A stretch of DNA of 64,000 bases from an uncultured Candidatus Poseidoniales archaeon (GTDB taxonomy: Archaea; Thermoplasmatota; Poseidoniia; Poseidoniales; CAYMED01). Below, in pieces: positions 11,201 through 20,600 of the stretch. The position numbers and the translations under genes are program-made. Each line of letters starts with the position of its first letter. The stretch's first letter is position 1. Under the pieces are notes generated by a model. That model had not been told where the DNA came from and ran no database searches. It was given only the letters and a program-made list of their open reading frames with translations. The stretch is taken from the NCBI GenBank assembly GCA_964389655.1, contig CAYMED010000002.1, positions 72,430 through 136,429 of the forward strand, read 5' to 3'.

Positions 11201-12571
11201 GACCATTTTGGCTTAGATGTCGAAATAGATACTGATGCACCATTTGACCTCGCAGCAGAATTTGTAATTGGCGATCTTGAAGTTGAAGAACCACCCTGGG
11301 TACAAGGAATTTCTATTGAAGCTAAAGAAAATAGTACATTACGTTCAATGCATGGGCGTGTTTGGCTTCCGTCTCTTTCTCCAAACACAACAATTGAAAT
11401 TGTCTATGATAATACCACCGGCATTTCGACATGGTCTGTTGATCTTTCAATGGCCTCATGGATCCCAACACATGATAATTTGGCATTGATTAGCAGAGGA
11501 ATTGAAGGGATGGACCTAGAACTTGTGGTTGATGGCCTTGATACAAATACATCAGGGGACCTTCGCCTTGAAATGCTTCTTGAGCAAGATGCCTCCCCTT
11601 CAGTACCGGTTTTGTCCGTGGTCCTTGATGCTGAATTGCCATCCGATGCCGAAACGATCCATCTATTGAATTTGAATCGAGCAATTGGTCAGCGCTTGGA
11701 ATCCCTCATTGTAGGCGCACCACAAAAAGCGGCACTTACGATGACAATAGGCTCAGCAATCGAACTCGATGTTGATGTTCCCCCCGAAGCACGTACAGAC
11801 GGCCGGGCAGCCGAAGCAATGCTGTTACAGACCCATCGCTTTGCTGAAGAACGGTGGTGGCCCGCTACAATTATGATGCGGGACATTCCGGGAGAAATAA
11901 CCCTCTCAACAGTTCCATTGAGGGAATTTGATATTTCTCAAGACTTGAGTTTTCAAGGCATGGCAACCCTCGATTATCGCAGTTGTTGGACGGGTGTTGG
12001 TGATTGTAGGGGTGACGATCTAGACCTCTATATCGAAGCAACTGGCAGGGCCATCGATCAGCGCGGAGACATTCTCCTCATTGGAGAAAACCTTGCAAGA
12101 CTGACGCGCTTATCTTCCACAACAGATTGGGGTATGAGTTTAGTAACTTCAGAGAAAGGAGTTGAACGCATTTACATACGGTCAACAGATCTGCCTTTGA
12201 GGCCAGGAATGTGGTTGAATAGCGCAGAGATTGTGGGGGAAAATATCCGTTCAGCAACCGTGCACATCGATAACATTGGTAACACATATCCAATTATACG
12301 TTTAACAGATGTTTCAGCAGGGAGGATTGTAGCTATTTCAAGTGTTGATGTCGATATAGCTGGGCGTACATTCAATGGAAAAGCAGTGCTAGTAGATGCT
12401 CAAATTGCAGGGATCATGCCAATTGGGACCACATTGGGGCTGAATGGGTTGGCGGCCGATTTATCCGTTATTGGAACTGCAAGTGGAGACCGTATACAAT
12501 CAACTCATTTCATGTTTGTAGAACCCCTTTCGAGTTTAATTGCTACATTAGTAGCCACGGCGGTGGGCTGA
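8276..12571 (+). CDS. Large (1431 aa) secreted or membrane-associated beta-rich protein of unknown function
   Basis: Long ORF with signal peptide RRAVLFFLILACSTLTPA and hydrophobic C-terminus; no recognisable catalytic motif. Confidence 0.75.
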   Translation: MGEEASRRAVLFFLILACSTLTPAVTLVGGQDLSVAVDDFGIIASLHDVLSSRKTDFNDPILSSSANAAIEDVRSSMHDVSPQDSFNLNNNVLSDVNFTTTNLSQIDHPYPYRLLSEPDARPPYLPASLIETLLPTELNELVVFSDYTSRNGAINCQNYSSEGLLNFDIFPLDQYNPTVNTVDIDCDGIDDVNVGLGLGIANSPGQTWDIDILEAKMWVKPDIRVTIDPINSSRNVWSQMGRLEISVMKGFTYSDQTWVWVIDTRFTQIPEDAAVTVGLERVDFDLNPTSILGMLIPSTTGLNDADLTITGIRAPYAITVENPVSTSCDDRWLADPDTQRHLPSPEIDCGIAAGLGYVHYRIGSGNSHPIAEMAYVDASFHPAKGTNELASVYNLTIRNDDYTLDTTPTDGSWDSIEYYANQKADLYLHYHEDRSGLTRTDGSGEFGNTTEARGWLRGLPGDSFNEQEIDRLFRQIGASPDGPTPLPGSLPKNLGMFIGVKNWTADPTRHDSDPSLPIDPANPPDSLIMIATTESIESINYSSWLLRSGDASDHLRVTISIEDLPKVVIVSGSLEFEDSDEDDVLGFGDSLNIAQSMIDTVVVTVVDVILKVGEVVNSLPAIAIDLSGDASGGELQILTMESLASNRPPDPIGSISLQIGSSPHPTIGDEHLLISRDLGLFDSLMALNRTPILSVAASLKLRGFHSMNNLVESNGDRAFNLSLSGSSKMVAGHIQHMGKTLNGSVRQEVILQPLPSEIGLKMIGNQTIIELEDGIDAVAYASVEGDERVSVQLLGVPSGINLDFSNGTELSLSSPLTTFEVMATNLSTPRTFSGDHVLIERNGSKAGSSARLSGIESIAWVPAEIPDAPGPSGRELASIHLAGNRALKAAIIDDGTSQSSQKAEAFLRINPLPTRLDVRMPRSSEGSSVTTPDFGNGVGLVGISNGLLDLARFGRSINDVLGEFTHSISTTTTESDHFGLDVEIDTDAPFDLAAEFVIGDLEVEEPPWVQGISIEAKENSTLRSMHGRVWLPSLSPNTTIEIVYDNTTGISTWSVDLSMASWIPTHDNLALISRGIEGMDLELVVDGLDTNTSGDLRLEMLLEQDASPSVPVLSVVLDAELPSDAETIHLLNLNRAIGQRLESLIVGAPQKAALTMTIGSAIELDVDVPPEARTDGRAAEAMLLQTHRFAEERWWPATIMMRDIPGEITLSTVPLREFDISQDLSFQGMATLDYRSCWTGVGDCRGDDLDLYIEATGRAIDQRGDILLIGENLARLTRLSSTTDWGMSLVTSEKGVERIYIRSTDLPLRPGMWLNSAEIVGENIRSATVHIDNIGNTYPIIRLTDVSAGRIVAISSVDVDIAGRTFNGKAVLVDAQIAGIMPIGTTLGLNGLAADLSVIGTASGDRIQSTHFMFVEPLSSLIATLVATAVG

Positions 12572-12572
12572 T

Positions 12573-13172
12573 ATGGTCGCCGATATAGACGAAGACGTCG
12601 AAGATGTGTTGTCGCAAGACGATGTGATGGTGGAAGTCGGACGAAGGGGCGTTCACAAACGTGACCTCACTGCTGCCAGCCGAGCAGCAGAGCAGGTTGC
12701 AGCAATTGTAACTCCTGCACGATTATTTGTGGCAAGCATAACTCTCTTGCTCTTAGTAGCAATATTTGGAGCATTCATTTACTACATTGTGCCCCAGGAC
12801 CGGACAGAAGTCCGCGTTGTTTTCATGCAGTCTTCGGCAGGCCATGTGGTTTTAACAGAAATTCTCAACAAAGGGAGCCGGGAGATTTCCGATGTCAGCT
12901 TATTTGTGGAGGTAACTAAGCTCGATGGTAGTGCCTTAAACTCGACTCAATTTGACCGTAGTTCTCTTCAATCTCACACATCACTCACACACGATGACCT
13001 TGAACTAATTGTGGAGGGCGCTAGTGGGTGGGAAGAATACCTAGTCCACATCGAATTGTCCTATACTGATGCAACGGGAGACCCACAAGAAGCCGCCCAA
13101 ATCAAGCGTGTTGGTGAGTGGATTACGGAAGAGTGGCGTGTAGGTCAAGGATACAGGCTTATTCTATGGTGA
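12573..13172 (+). CDS. Single-pass membrane protein with Ig-like external domain, hypothetical
   Basis: One TM (LFVASITLLLLVAIFGAFIYYIV); starts 1 nt after the upstream stop. Confidence 0.7.
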   Translation: MVADIDEDVEDVLSQDDVMVEVGRRGVHKRDLTAASRAAEQVAAIVTPARLFVASITLLLLVAIFGAFIYYIVPQDRTEVRVVFMQSSAGHVVLTEILNKGSREISDVSLFVEVTKLDGSALNSTQFDRSSLQSHTSLTHDDLELIVEGASGWEEYLVHIELSYTDATGDPQEAAQIKRVGEWITEEWRVGQGYRLILW

Positions 13173-16100
13173 TAAATAACCACCAAACCCCAACCGACAA
13201 AAGGTGTGCGGACGCACGCAAGCACATCGAAGGGGGTATCATAGTTCGGAGCGCACTGCTAATTCTTGCGCTGATGCTAATTGCACCGGCTTCTGTCTAC
13301 GACTCTTCATCAAAGTCATCACAAACCCCAATGATGGAATCCAGCCCACATTCAGAATCCATCAAAATCACTCCAAACGGCTCAATGCTTCAGAATTTAT
13401 TGGGCCTTGGGATTGAAAATGGGTTTGCAGATGTGCGCACTTCTGAAGCATGGACTCATATTGGCAAATTCACAGTCGAAGGCCTTGAAAGAATTCATAC
13501 ACCCCCTGTCCCATTACAAAAAGCAAGATCTGATTTAGTTCTCTTAATTGTTGATGGAAATATTCCCCTCCCTCAAGTTCGCGCAGAAATTCAGAAGACA
13601 ACCTCTGCCACGATTCATGACTTCATAGCCCCCAGCGGTTTTACTGTTCAAGGTTCGAGTCACGATTTAGTAAAATTAAGAGGTATATACGGGGTTGCGG
13701 CCGTTCATTCCGTCCCACTAGATTTTCTCCTAGATCCAAGTATCTGGGAATCAGTAAATCAAGGGGAGTCATTCGATGCAAGAGTTGATGGATGGCGCGA
13801 TGCCGAGGGGCACCGTCAGCCATTGGTGCGCATTGGTGAAATAAATCATCGCTTATCTAATGCAGTTCCATCATCAGCAAGCGCTCCCGCGGGTGCTTCA
13901 GAAGGACGTTTTGATGTTCTTCTCAATCCCCGTGAATTAACCACGGCTTTGATGAACCCAGCAGTGGCATGGGTGGGTCCCACCCCGCATTTCGGCCTTC
14001 ATAATTCCAAGGCAGTTCTTCATATGGATGTGGGCTCAATGCGAAGTAAATATGCTACAACCCTAGATGGTGCGGGTGAACTAATTGCAATAGCAGATTC
14101 AGGTCTTGATTCAGATCACGGGGATTTTGGAACCCGTGTACATGCTGTAAAGGACGTCATAAATGATGGTGATACTTCTGATTCGCAAGGTGGTCATGGA
14201 ACTCATGTTGCATGTTCTGCACTAGGTGATGGGTCCCGTGGGGGCTATGCCGGAACTGCGCCAGGAGCGGATGTTTATTTCCAAGCGATGATGCGAAACT
14301 GGGATGGTGCTTTCATGTCTCCTTCCCTTGACTCACTTCTTCGTACAGCCTACAATGATGGTGCACGGATTCACACAAATAGTTGGGGAAGTCAAACAAT
14401 TCGTGGCAGCTATACCACTGAGGCTCAAGATCTAGATTCACGTTCATACACATATGATCGTGTCACAAGTGGTTATTCCGGATTTACGATATTATTTGCT
14501 AATGGAAATGATGGAGATGAGGGTTCCGGGTCTGTAGGTGCCCCCGCGACTGCGAAAAACTCAATTTCAATTGGAAATCATCACAACCGGGGTGGCTCAT
14601 CTCCGAACAAAGTGTCAGATTCGTCAAGTAGGGGGCCAACAGACGATGGGCGCATCAAACCAGACGTTGTTGCTCCCGGGACTTGGGTAAGGTCTTGCAA
14701 GGCTCAAGAGATGACAGATTCTTCTTCAGCCTCTTGGGAAGATTCTTCAGGATGGTATATTGAATTCAGTGGGACTAGCATGGCCGCCCCGCACGCAGCG
14801 GGCTTATCTGCGATTTTACGCCAATATTTGATGGATGAAGGAGGGCGCCCTTCCCCTCAAGGATCCCTCATCAAAGCCATGATGATTTTGGGCGCAGTGG
14901 ATATTGGGACGCGAGACATTCCAAATAATGTAGAGGGGTGGGGCCGCGTCAACCTCAAAGAAACCTTAGATCCTGGCGACGGACGCACTGTTTGGGTTGA
15001 CGACCGAACGAGCCTTTCGAGTGGGCAATGGCAGGATTATCCCATACAAGTGGACATCCAAAACCGGGCGTTCAAAGCAGTACTTACATGGTCTGATTAC
15101 CGCGGCTCAACGAGTGCTTCAAAAGCCCTAGTAAACAATCTTGATTTAGAAGTAATAGATCCATCGGGTGTGGTATATCGCGGAAATGATTTCCAAAACG
15201 GCAAATCCCTTGCAAATGGAAATGGTGACAACACGAACAATGTTGAAGTTGTTTTAGTTGATTATGCAAAACAAGGAACATGGACCGTTCGCGTGCGAGA
15301 TTCAGCCCACGGTGGCCCAAAAGCCCAAATGTTCTCTATTGCAATTGCAGCTCAGGGCGCCGATCGCGTGTTACCTGATGTTGTCCTCGTTCCAAATTCA
15401 CTTACTGCCCTCGATGAACTCCCAGAGCGAGGAAAACAAACACAGATTGCTGCTGAAGTTCGGAATACTGGAAACGGCGAACTAACCGATGTGCGCGTTA
15501 GTTTGCTTGCGGGTTCACAAACTTTTGTTGACAAAGTTTTCGATATGGGCCCAGGAACCCGTGAAAGAATGATTTGGGATTGGACTCCATCAACAGCAGG
15601 CCCCATTCTTCTTCGCTTAAACATAGACCCGTCAAATCAACTTGAAGAGGGGAATGAATCCAATAATATCTTAGAAAATAGCATCACAGTGGCAGATGCT
15701 GGTGTGCGGGTCGAATCTGATAAAAAAACGATTCAACTAACTAATTCTTCCACAGTAACTTCTTCTTGGGACACCCGCATTCGAAATTCTGCAATGCGAG
15801 CAACCAACGGATCTGTGTTGGTGGATGAACAAGTATTCCGGTCAGAGGATGGCGCGTTTATGCCTTGGAGTGTTTCCTTAAGCAAAGCAAACTTCACCCT
15901 CAGTTCATTGGAAGAGGACACATTTACCGTCTATCTATCTCATGCGGCAGCGCCCAGCCCCGGGACGTATGTTGTTAGAGTCAAAGCTTTGGATTTAGAC
16001 GCGGGTTTATCCCAAACAACGAGCCTATACATGATGGTGGGAATTATACCAGCCGTTCGAATAGACCTCCCACCAGGTGAATTGCCAGTTCACCCCGTTA

Positions 16101-17611
16101 ATTCAACAACATTCGAGTTTAAATTAACCAATTTGGGCAATGCCGAACAGGGATATGACATGATACTTGAACCACCACTGGGGTGGTCGGTTGGATTTGA
16201 TGAAATTGGTTCTCATCCCAACGTCCCTCAAGCAACATCTGGTGCATTGAACCCTGGAGGGAGCATCCAAGCAGATGTATCCATACAACCCCCCCATGTC
16301 ATGCCGTCTTCAGGGTCAAAAGCAAGACTTGACGTCCGCATTATTTCCCAAATGGTAGAAGGAAACGAGTGGACGTTTTCCCTCGATTTAGTGACTGAAC
16401 GGCATGATAATATTACTTTGGACTTAAAGAATGGAAATCTTCCTCGCGTGGCGGAAGTAGGTAAACAAGTTCGTTTGGTATGGACAATTGAAAATATTGG
16501 AAATTCGGAGATAGACTCTATTATAGAAACAGAAGCTCCCCTTGGCTGGGAAATAACAGGACCTTCTACTTTAATCATTGACCGGAATGGCAATCCTACA
16601 ATTATCTTCGATGTCCTTGCGGTAGATCGCCCTCTTGATGGCGATTTCTCTTTACGAGTTGTATCCCGAGATGGTTCAGAACTTGCCTCAGGAACAGTCC
16701 CTCTGCTTGTTTCAGGTACAGCATCAATTGAATTCAAGCGCTTAATTCATGCGGATGACACATATGATGAAAATGCGGCCGACCTTCGACCAATAGGGCG
16801 TGGTGAATTTGCAATAATAAGAGCTGAAGTATATTATGATGGGTCCGCCGCTTGGCACCCTCAAGTTACTACAGTAAGCCCACCAGGGTGGTCTGTTGAT
16901 TGCGATCCCTTGGGGTCTGTAGATTCAGGAACAAGTGCAACACTGGATTGTGGTTTGTTAATTTCAGATCAAGTGTCTGCTGGTGATTCTGGCGAAATTA
17001 TAATCGAACTTTCAAGCGGGGGTACAAGTGCAAATTTCACGTTCACAATTGCATCAGCAATACGACATTCAGTAATTTGGAGGGTGATTGATGCTCCCCA
17101 AATGACGTTGGATGAAACAGCAGAATTTGCGATACAACTTGAAAACACCGGTGAGGGTGCTGTAATTGGCCCAGTGTTACTCCAACCACCATCTGGTTGG
17201 ATTATTTCACCAAATCGACTGATATTTGATCCAATAAACCCAGGTGATAGTGCGTTACTTGAATTCACCCTCAAACCCACAACTCGATTATCCACGCCTT
17301 CTCTTTTCCTTTCGCTATCTGTTTCAGGAGTAGAAGGGGGGGAGCAAGAACTTTCATTGCGCCTTTCACCCACCGCACCAAATCAAGCAGAATCTAGCGT
17401 TAGCGCTTCTGAAGATGATGGTGAATGGCCCCTTGGAATCATCATTTTTCTCATCCTCGTTCTCTTGGGCATTGCTTCAGCAATAGCATATGTTTTGGTA
17501 CAACAAAAAAGCAACCACGAACCGCCTCAAACCAGCATTACATTCCCCCATAAAACACCTTGGGATGAGTCAACAGATGTGTCTAATCCCCTTCCCGAGG
17601 AATTAGACTAA
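13166..17611 (+). CDS. Membrane-anchored S8 subtilisin-like serine protease with C-terminal CARDB/NEW3-type Ig domains
   Basis: Catalytic IADSGLD, HGTHVA and GTSMAAP; oxyanion ANGN; KPDVVAPG; CARDB motif IDPSNQLEEGNESNN; C-terminal TM. Start uncertain (ATG 13166 overlaps the previous stop). Confidence 0.92.
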   Translation: MVINNHQTPTDKRCADARKHIEGGIIVRSALLILALMLIAPASVYDSSSKSSQTPMMESSPHSESIKITPNGSMLQNLLGLGIENGFADVRTSEAWTHIGKFTVEGLERIHTPPVPLQKARSDLVLLIVDGNIPLPQVRAEIQKTTSATIHDFIAPSGFTVQGSSHDLVKLRGIYGVAAVHSVPLDFLLDPSIWESVNQGESFDARVDGWRDAEGHRQPLVRIGEINHRLSNAVPSSASAPAGASEGRFDVLLNPRELTTALMNPAVAWVGPTPHFGLHNSKAVLHMDVGSMRSKYATTLDGAGELIAIADSGLDSDHGDFGTRVHAVKDVINDGDTSDSQGGHGTHVACSALGDGSRGGYAGTAPGADVYFQAMMRNWDGAFMSPSLDSLLRTAYNDGARIHTNSWGSQTIRGSYTTEAQDLDSRSYTYDRVTSGYSGFTILFANGNDGDEGSGSVGAPATAKNSISIGNHHNRGGSSPNKVSDSSSRGPTDDGRIKPDVVAPGTWVRSCKAQEMTDSSSASWEDSSGWYIEFSGTSMAAPHAAGLSAILRQYLMDEGGRPSPQGSLIKAMMILGAVDIGTRDIPNNVEGWGRVNLKETLDPGDGRTVWVDDRTSLSSGQWQDYPIQVDIQNRAFKAVLTWSDYRGSTSASKALVNNLDLEVIDPSGVVYRGNDFQNGKSLANGNGDNTNNVEVVLVDYAKQGTWTVRVRDSAHGGPKAQMFSIAIAAQGADRVLPDVVLVPNSLTALDELPERGKQTQIAAEVRNTGNGELTDVRVSLLAGSQTFVDKVFDMGPGTRERMIWDWTPSTAGPILLRLNIDPSNQLEEGNESNNILENSITVADAGVRVESDKKTIQLTNSSTVTSSWDTRIRNSAMRATNGSVLVDEQVFRSEDGAFMPWSVSLSKANFTLSSLEEDTFTVYLSHAAAPSPGTYVVRVKALDLDAGLSQTTSLYMMVGIIPAVRIDLPPGELPVHPVNSTTFEFKLTNLGNAEQGYDMILEPPLGWSVGFDEIGSHPNVPQATSGALNPGGSIQADVSIQPPHVMPSSGSKARLDVRIISQMVEGNEWTFSLDLVTERHDNITLDLKNGNLPRVAEVGKQVRLVWTIENIGNSEIDSIIETEAPLGWEITGPSTLIIDRNGNPTIIFDVLAVDRPLDGDFSLRVVSRDGSELASGTVPLLVSGTASIEFKRLIHADDTYDENAADLRPIGRGEFAIIRAEVYYDGSAAWHPQVTTVSPPGWSVDCDPLGSVDSGTSATLDCGLLISDQVSAGDSGEIIIELSSGGTSANFTFTIASAIRHSVIWRVIDAPQMTLDETAEFAIQLENTGEGAVIGPVLLQPPSGWIISPNRLIFDPINPGDSALLEFTLKPTTRLSTPSLFLSLSVSGVEGGEQELSLRLSPTAPNQAESSVSASEDDGEWPLGIIIFLILVLLGIASAIAYVLVQQKSNHEPPQTSITFPHKTPWDESTDVSNPLPEELD

Positions 17612-17647
17612 ACAATCAATATAAAGTCAAGTTTTTTCTTACTTGAT

Positions 17648-20600
17648 ATGGCTTGTAAGAGTTCCATGAAAGCAGCAATGTGCTCTGTGATGATATTGGT
17701 TCTTAGTCAAACATATTTTATTCAAAACCAAATCCCCCAACCCTCTGTCCTTGATGAATTCACCAGAAACAGTGGTTCGGGAAATGTTTTCACCGGTAAT
17801 GGAACCCAATGGCGGACTGCAGGTTCCAGTTCGTTCGATATGGGGGCCGCACCTACGTTTTACCCTCTCTCCAATGAGTCATTCTTGTTCGAGCATAGGG
17901 AGGAGTCAGGTAAATGCGTCAAACGTTATCATCACTCAAATATTTCAACGTCGAATGTTTCCGTGGACAGCGATTTCTACTGTGGTGCAATCGGATCTGG
18001 ATTACACTTTGGCCCTATTATTGATTCTATAGTTTACTTGAGTGCAAACTCAATTGAACATGGGACGGAATTGTTCGCTTATGATTTGAGCAATGACTCC
18101 CTCTATATGGTTGATAATATCAACACCGAAGACAATGGTTTTGGAACAGAATATGGGTCCCTCCCATACCATTTCGCTGCCATCGACTCAACGCTGTATT
18201 TCAAAGCCGAAGGATCCAGCTCTACTGGTATGGAATTATGGGCATTTGAGACAACCAACAGTACCTCTTGGATGGTCGCAGATATCAAACCTGGAGCCGG
18301 CGATTCAACTCCCAAGAATCTCCTCCCAATAGGTACCAGTATCTTATTCACTGCTGACGATGGAACTAATGGTCATGAATTGTGGGTACATGAAACCACC
18401 AACGACTCAACTTGGAGAGTCACAGATATGAATCCAAATGGCGCCTCATTATCTTCATATGGTGGTTTGCGACCATATGATTCCGCTGTGCTAGGAAGCC
18501 GTCTGATGTTCTGGGCTGACGATGATGGGGCGACCGGAAGGGAATTATGGGCATATGAAACCACCAACAGCACTCATTGGCAGGTTGCTGACATCAATTC
18601 AGGATCTGGAGATTCGAAGTCCGGTCAAGCACTCATCACCCGAGATGGCTCTCGCATGTATTTCGCTGCTGATGATGGTATCAATGGAGAGGAATTGTGG
18701 GCCTATGAAGCGACGAACGACTCAACATGGCTTCTTGCTGACATATGTAGCCCCTCTTGCTCTTCAGAACCAAACCAGATAGCAGTGGTGGGAGGTCAAT
18801 TGATATTCGCTGCAGAAGCAGCAACTGAAGGGAGAGAGTTATACATTTACAATTTTTCAAACAATACCGCATGGATGCGTGCTAATCTTTACCAATTCAC
18901 TTCCACCATCGCCGATTCTAATCCTGACATCATTGCAGTTACGGGTACGCAGTTGTTGATAGTTGCAAAAGAACGAAAATTCGTATCCACCGGTTCCTAT
19001 GCTGGCACCTCTCTCTTCGTCTATGAGACTGCGAATGATACCATCTGGTGGAATGATAATTTAGGTTTGGTCAGCGCTGGCCAATCTTCTGCTAAAACAT
19101 ATGGCGGAACCCTCAATATGGGTTCAGAGGTAATATTCTCTCTTGGTTGTACTTCTTCAGCCGCAGTCAACTGTCCCGAGGGAATGTCAGGTCGTCAACT
19201 CTGGGTTTACACACCTTCGAACGTCACAATCCCAGATGATTTCACCCCCAGTGGTGGGGATGCGAATAATTGGGAGCCACCTACTGGTGGTTTTGAGGGC
19301 GTTTGGGTTGGTGGGGGTTCCGGGGGCTCCGGGGGCTCTGGTGGCGGTTCTGGCGGCGGTTCAGGTGATGGAGCGACAATTATCCCGGCTTCAAATTCGT
19401 TAGTGCTGACGAATGGCACAGCGATGAATCCACTCACTTACAGGTGGGCTAACGATGGCCCAGTGGCCGATGCCATCTGTGAAATCTCACCTGCTCTTCC
19501 TGCTGGACTCACCCTTGCCCAAGGAACTTGTACCATCGGCGGAACCCCTACTGTGGTTCAGGAGGCTACAACCTATACTCTCTGGGTCAATGGCTCAGGC
19601 CTCTCGGATTCGGCGGAAATAAACATCACCATTGAAGAGAGGATCTTCCATCCACCAGTGATCACGCCTTCGACTACAGAAGCAGTATTGATGCGCACTG
19701 TTGAGATGATACCTATCACATTCAGCAACAGCGGTGGTGCAGTAGTTGACTGGGAGGTGGACCCTGCACTTCCGAATGGCTTGTCCATGGCCTTTGATGG
19801 AACGATAAGTGGAACGCCCACCACTGTGCAGGATGCTGCTGCTTACACCATCAGGGCCAACAACAGCGACGGGGCTAATTCAACGATAGTGACCATAACA
19901 GTAGGAGAGTATGTTCCAGACCCTCCACAGATCGATTATGATGAATCATCGCTGAGTCTGACTCAATACATCCAGATGACAACGCAGACCCCTTCGAACT
20001 CAGGAGGAGAGGTTGTAGACTGGACGATATCTCCTGAATTATCTCCTGGATTGATATTCGACAACACCACTGGTTCAATCAGCGGAATTCCCACCACCAA
20101 TGAAAGTGCAATCATTTACACCATCTGGGCCAACAACACCGGAGGCTCGAGTTCTGATACACTGCAGATAACGATTGAAGAACCTCCAGAAGGACTCATT
20201 GCATCGAATTCCGATGTCTTGCTTGTCAGAGGAGTTGAGATGACACAGATTCTCTTCACATATTCAGGAGGCGATGTGACAACATGGGAGATTTCACCCG
20301 AACTTCCATCAGGTCTGTTCTTTGATGCCGCCAACAATTCGATCATAGGTACTGCAACGGGAAGCACGAATGCGGTGGTATTCACCATCTGGGCGAATGG
20401 AACTGGATTTTCTGAAAACCTCAACATCACGATTGAGATTCTAGAAGACACAGATGGTGATGGTTTGCCAGATGACTTGGGCAATCATGTCGATTCAGAA
20501 TTTGAAGAGGATCTTGATGATGATAACGACGGCATTGCTGATGTGGCAGAAGGCGCTTCCGTCCCCGAAACAAACTCCTTGCTGCCTGATACCGATGGTG

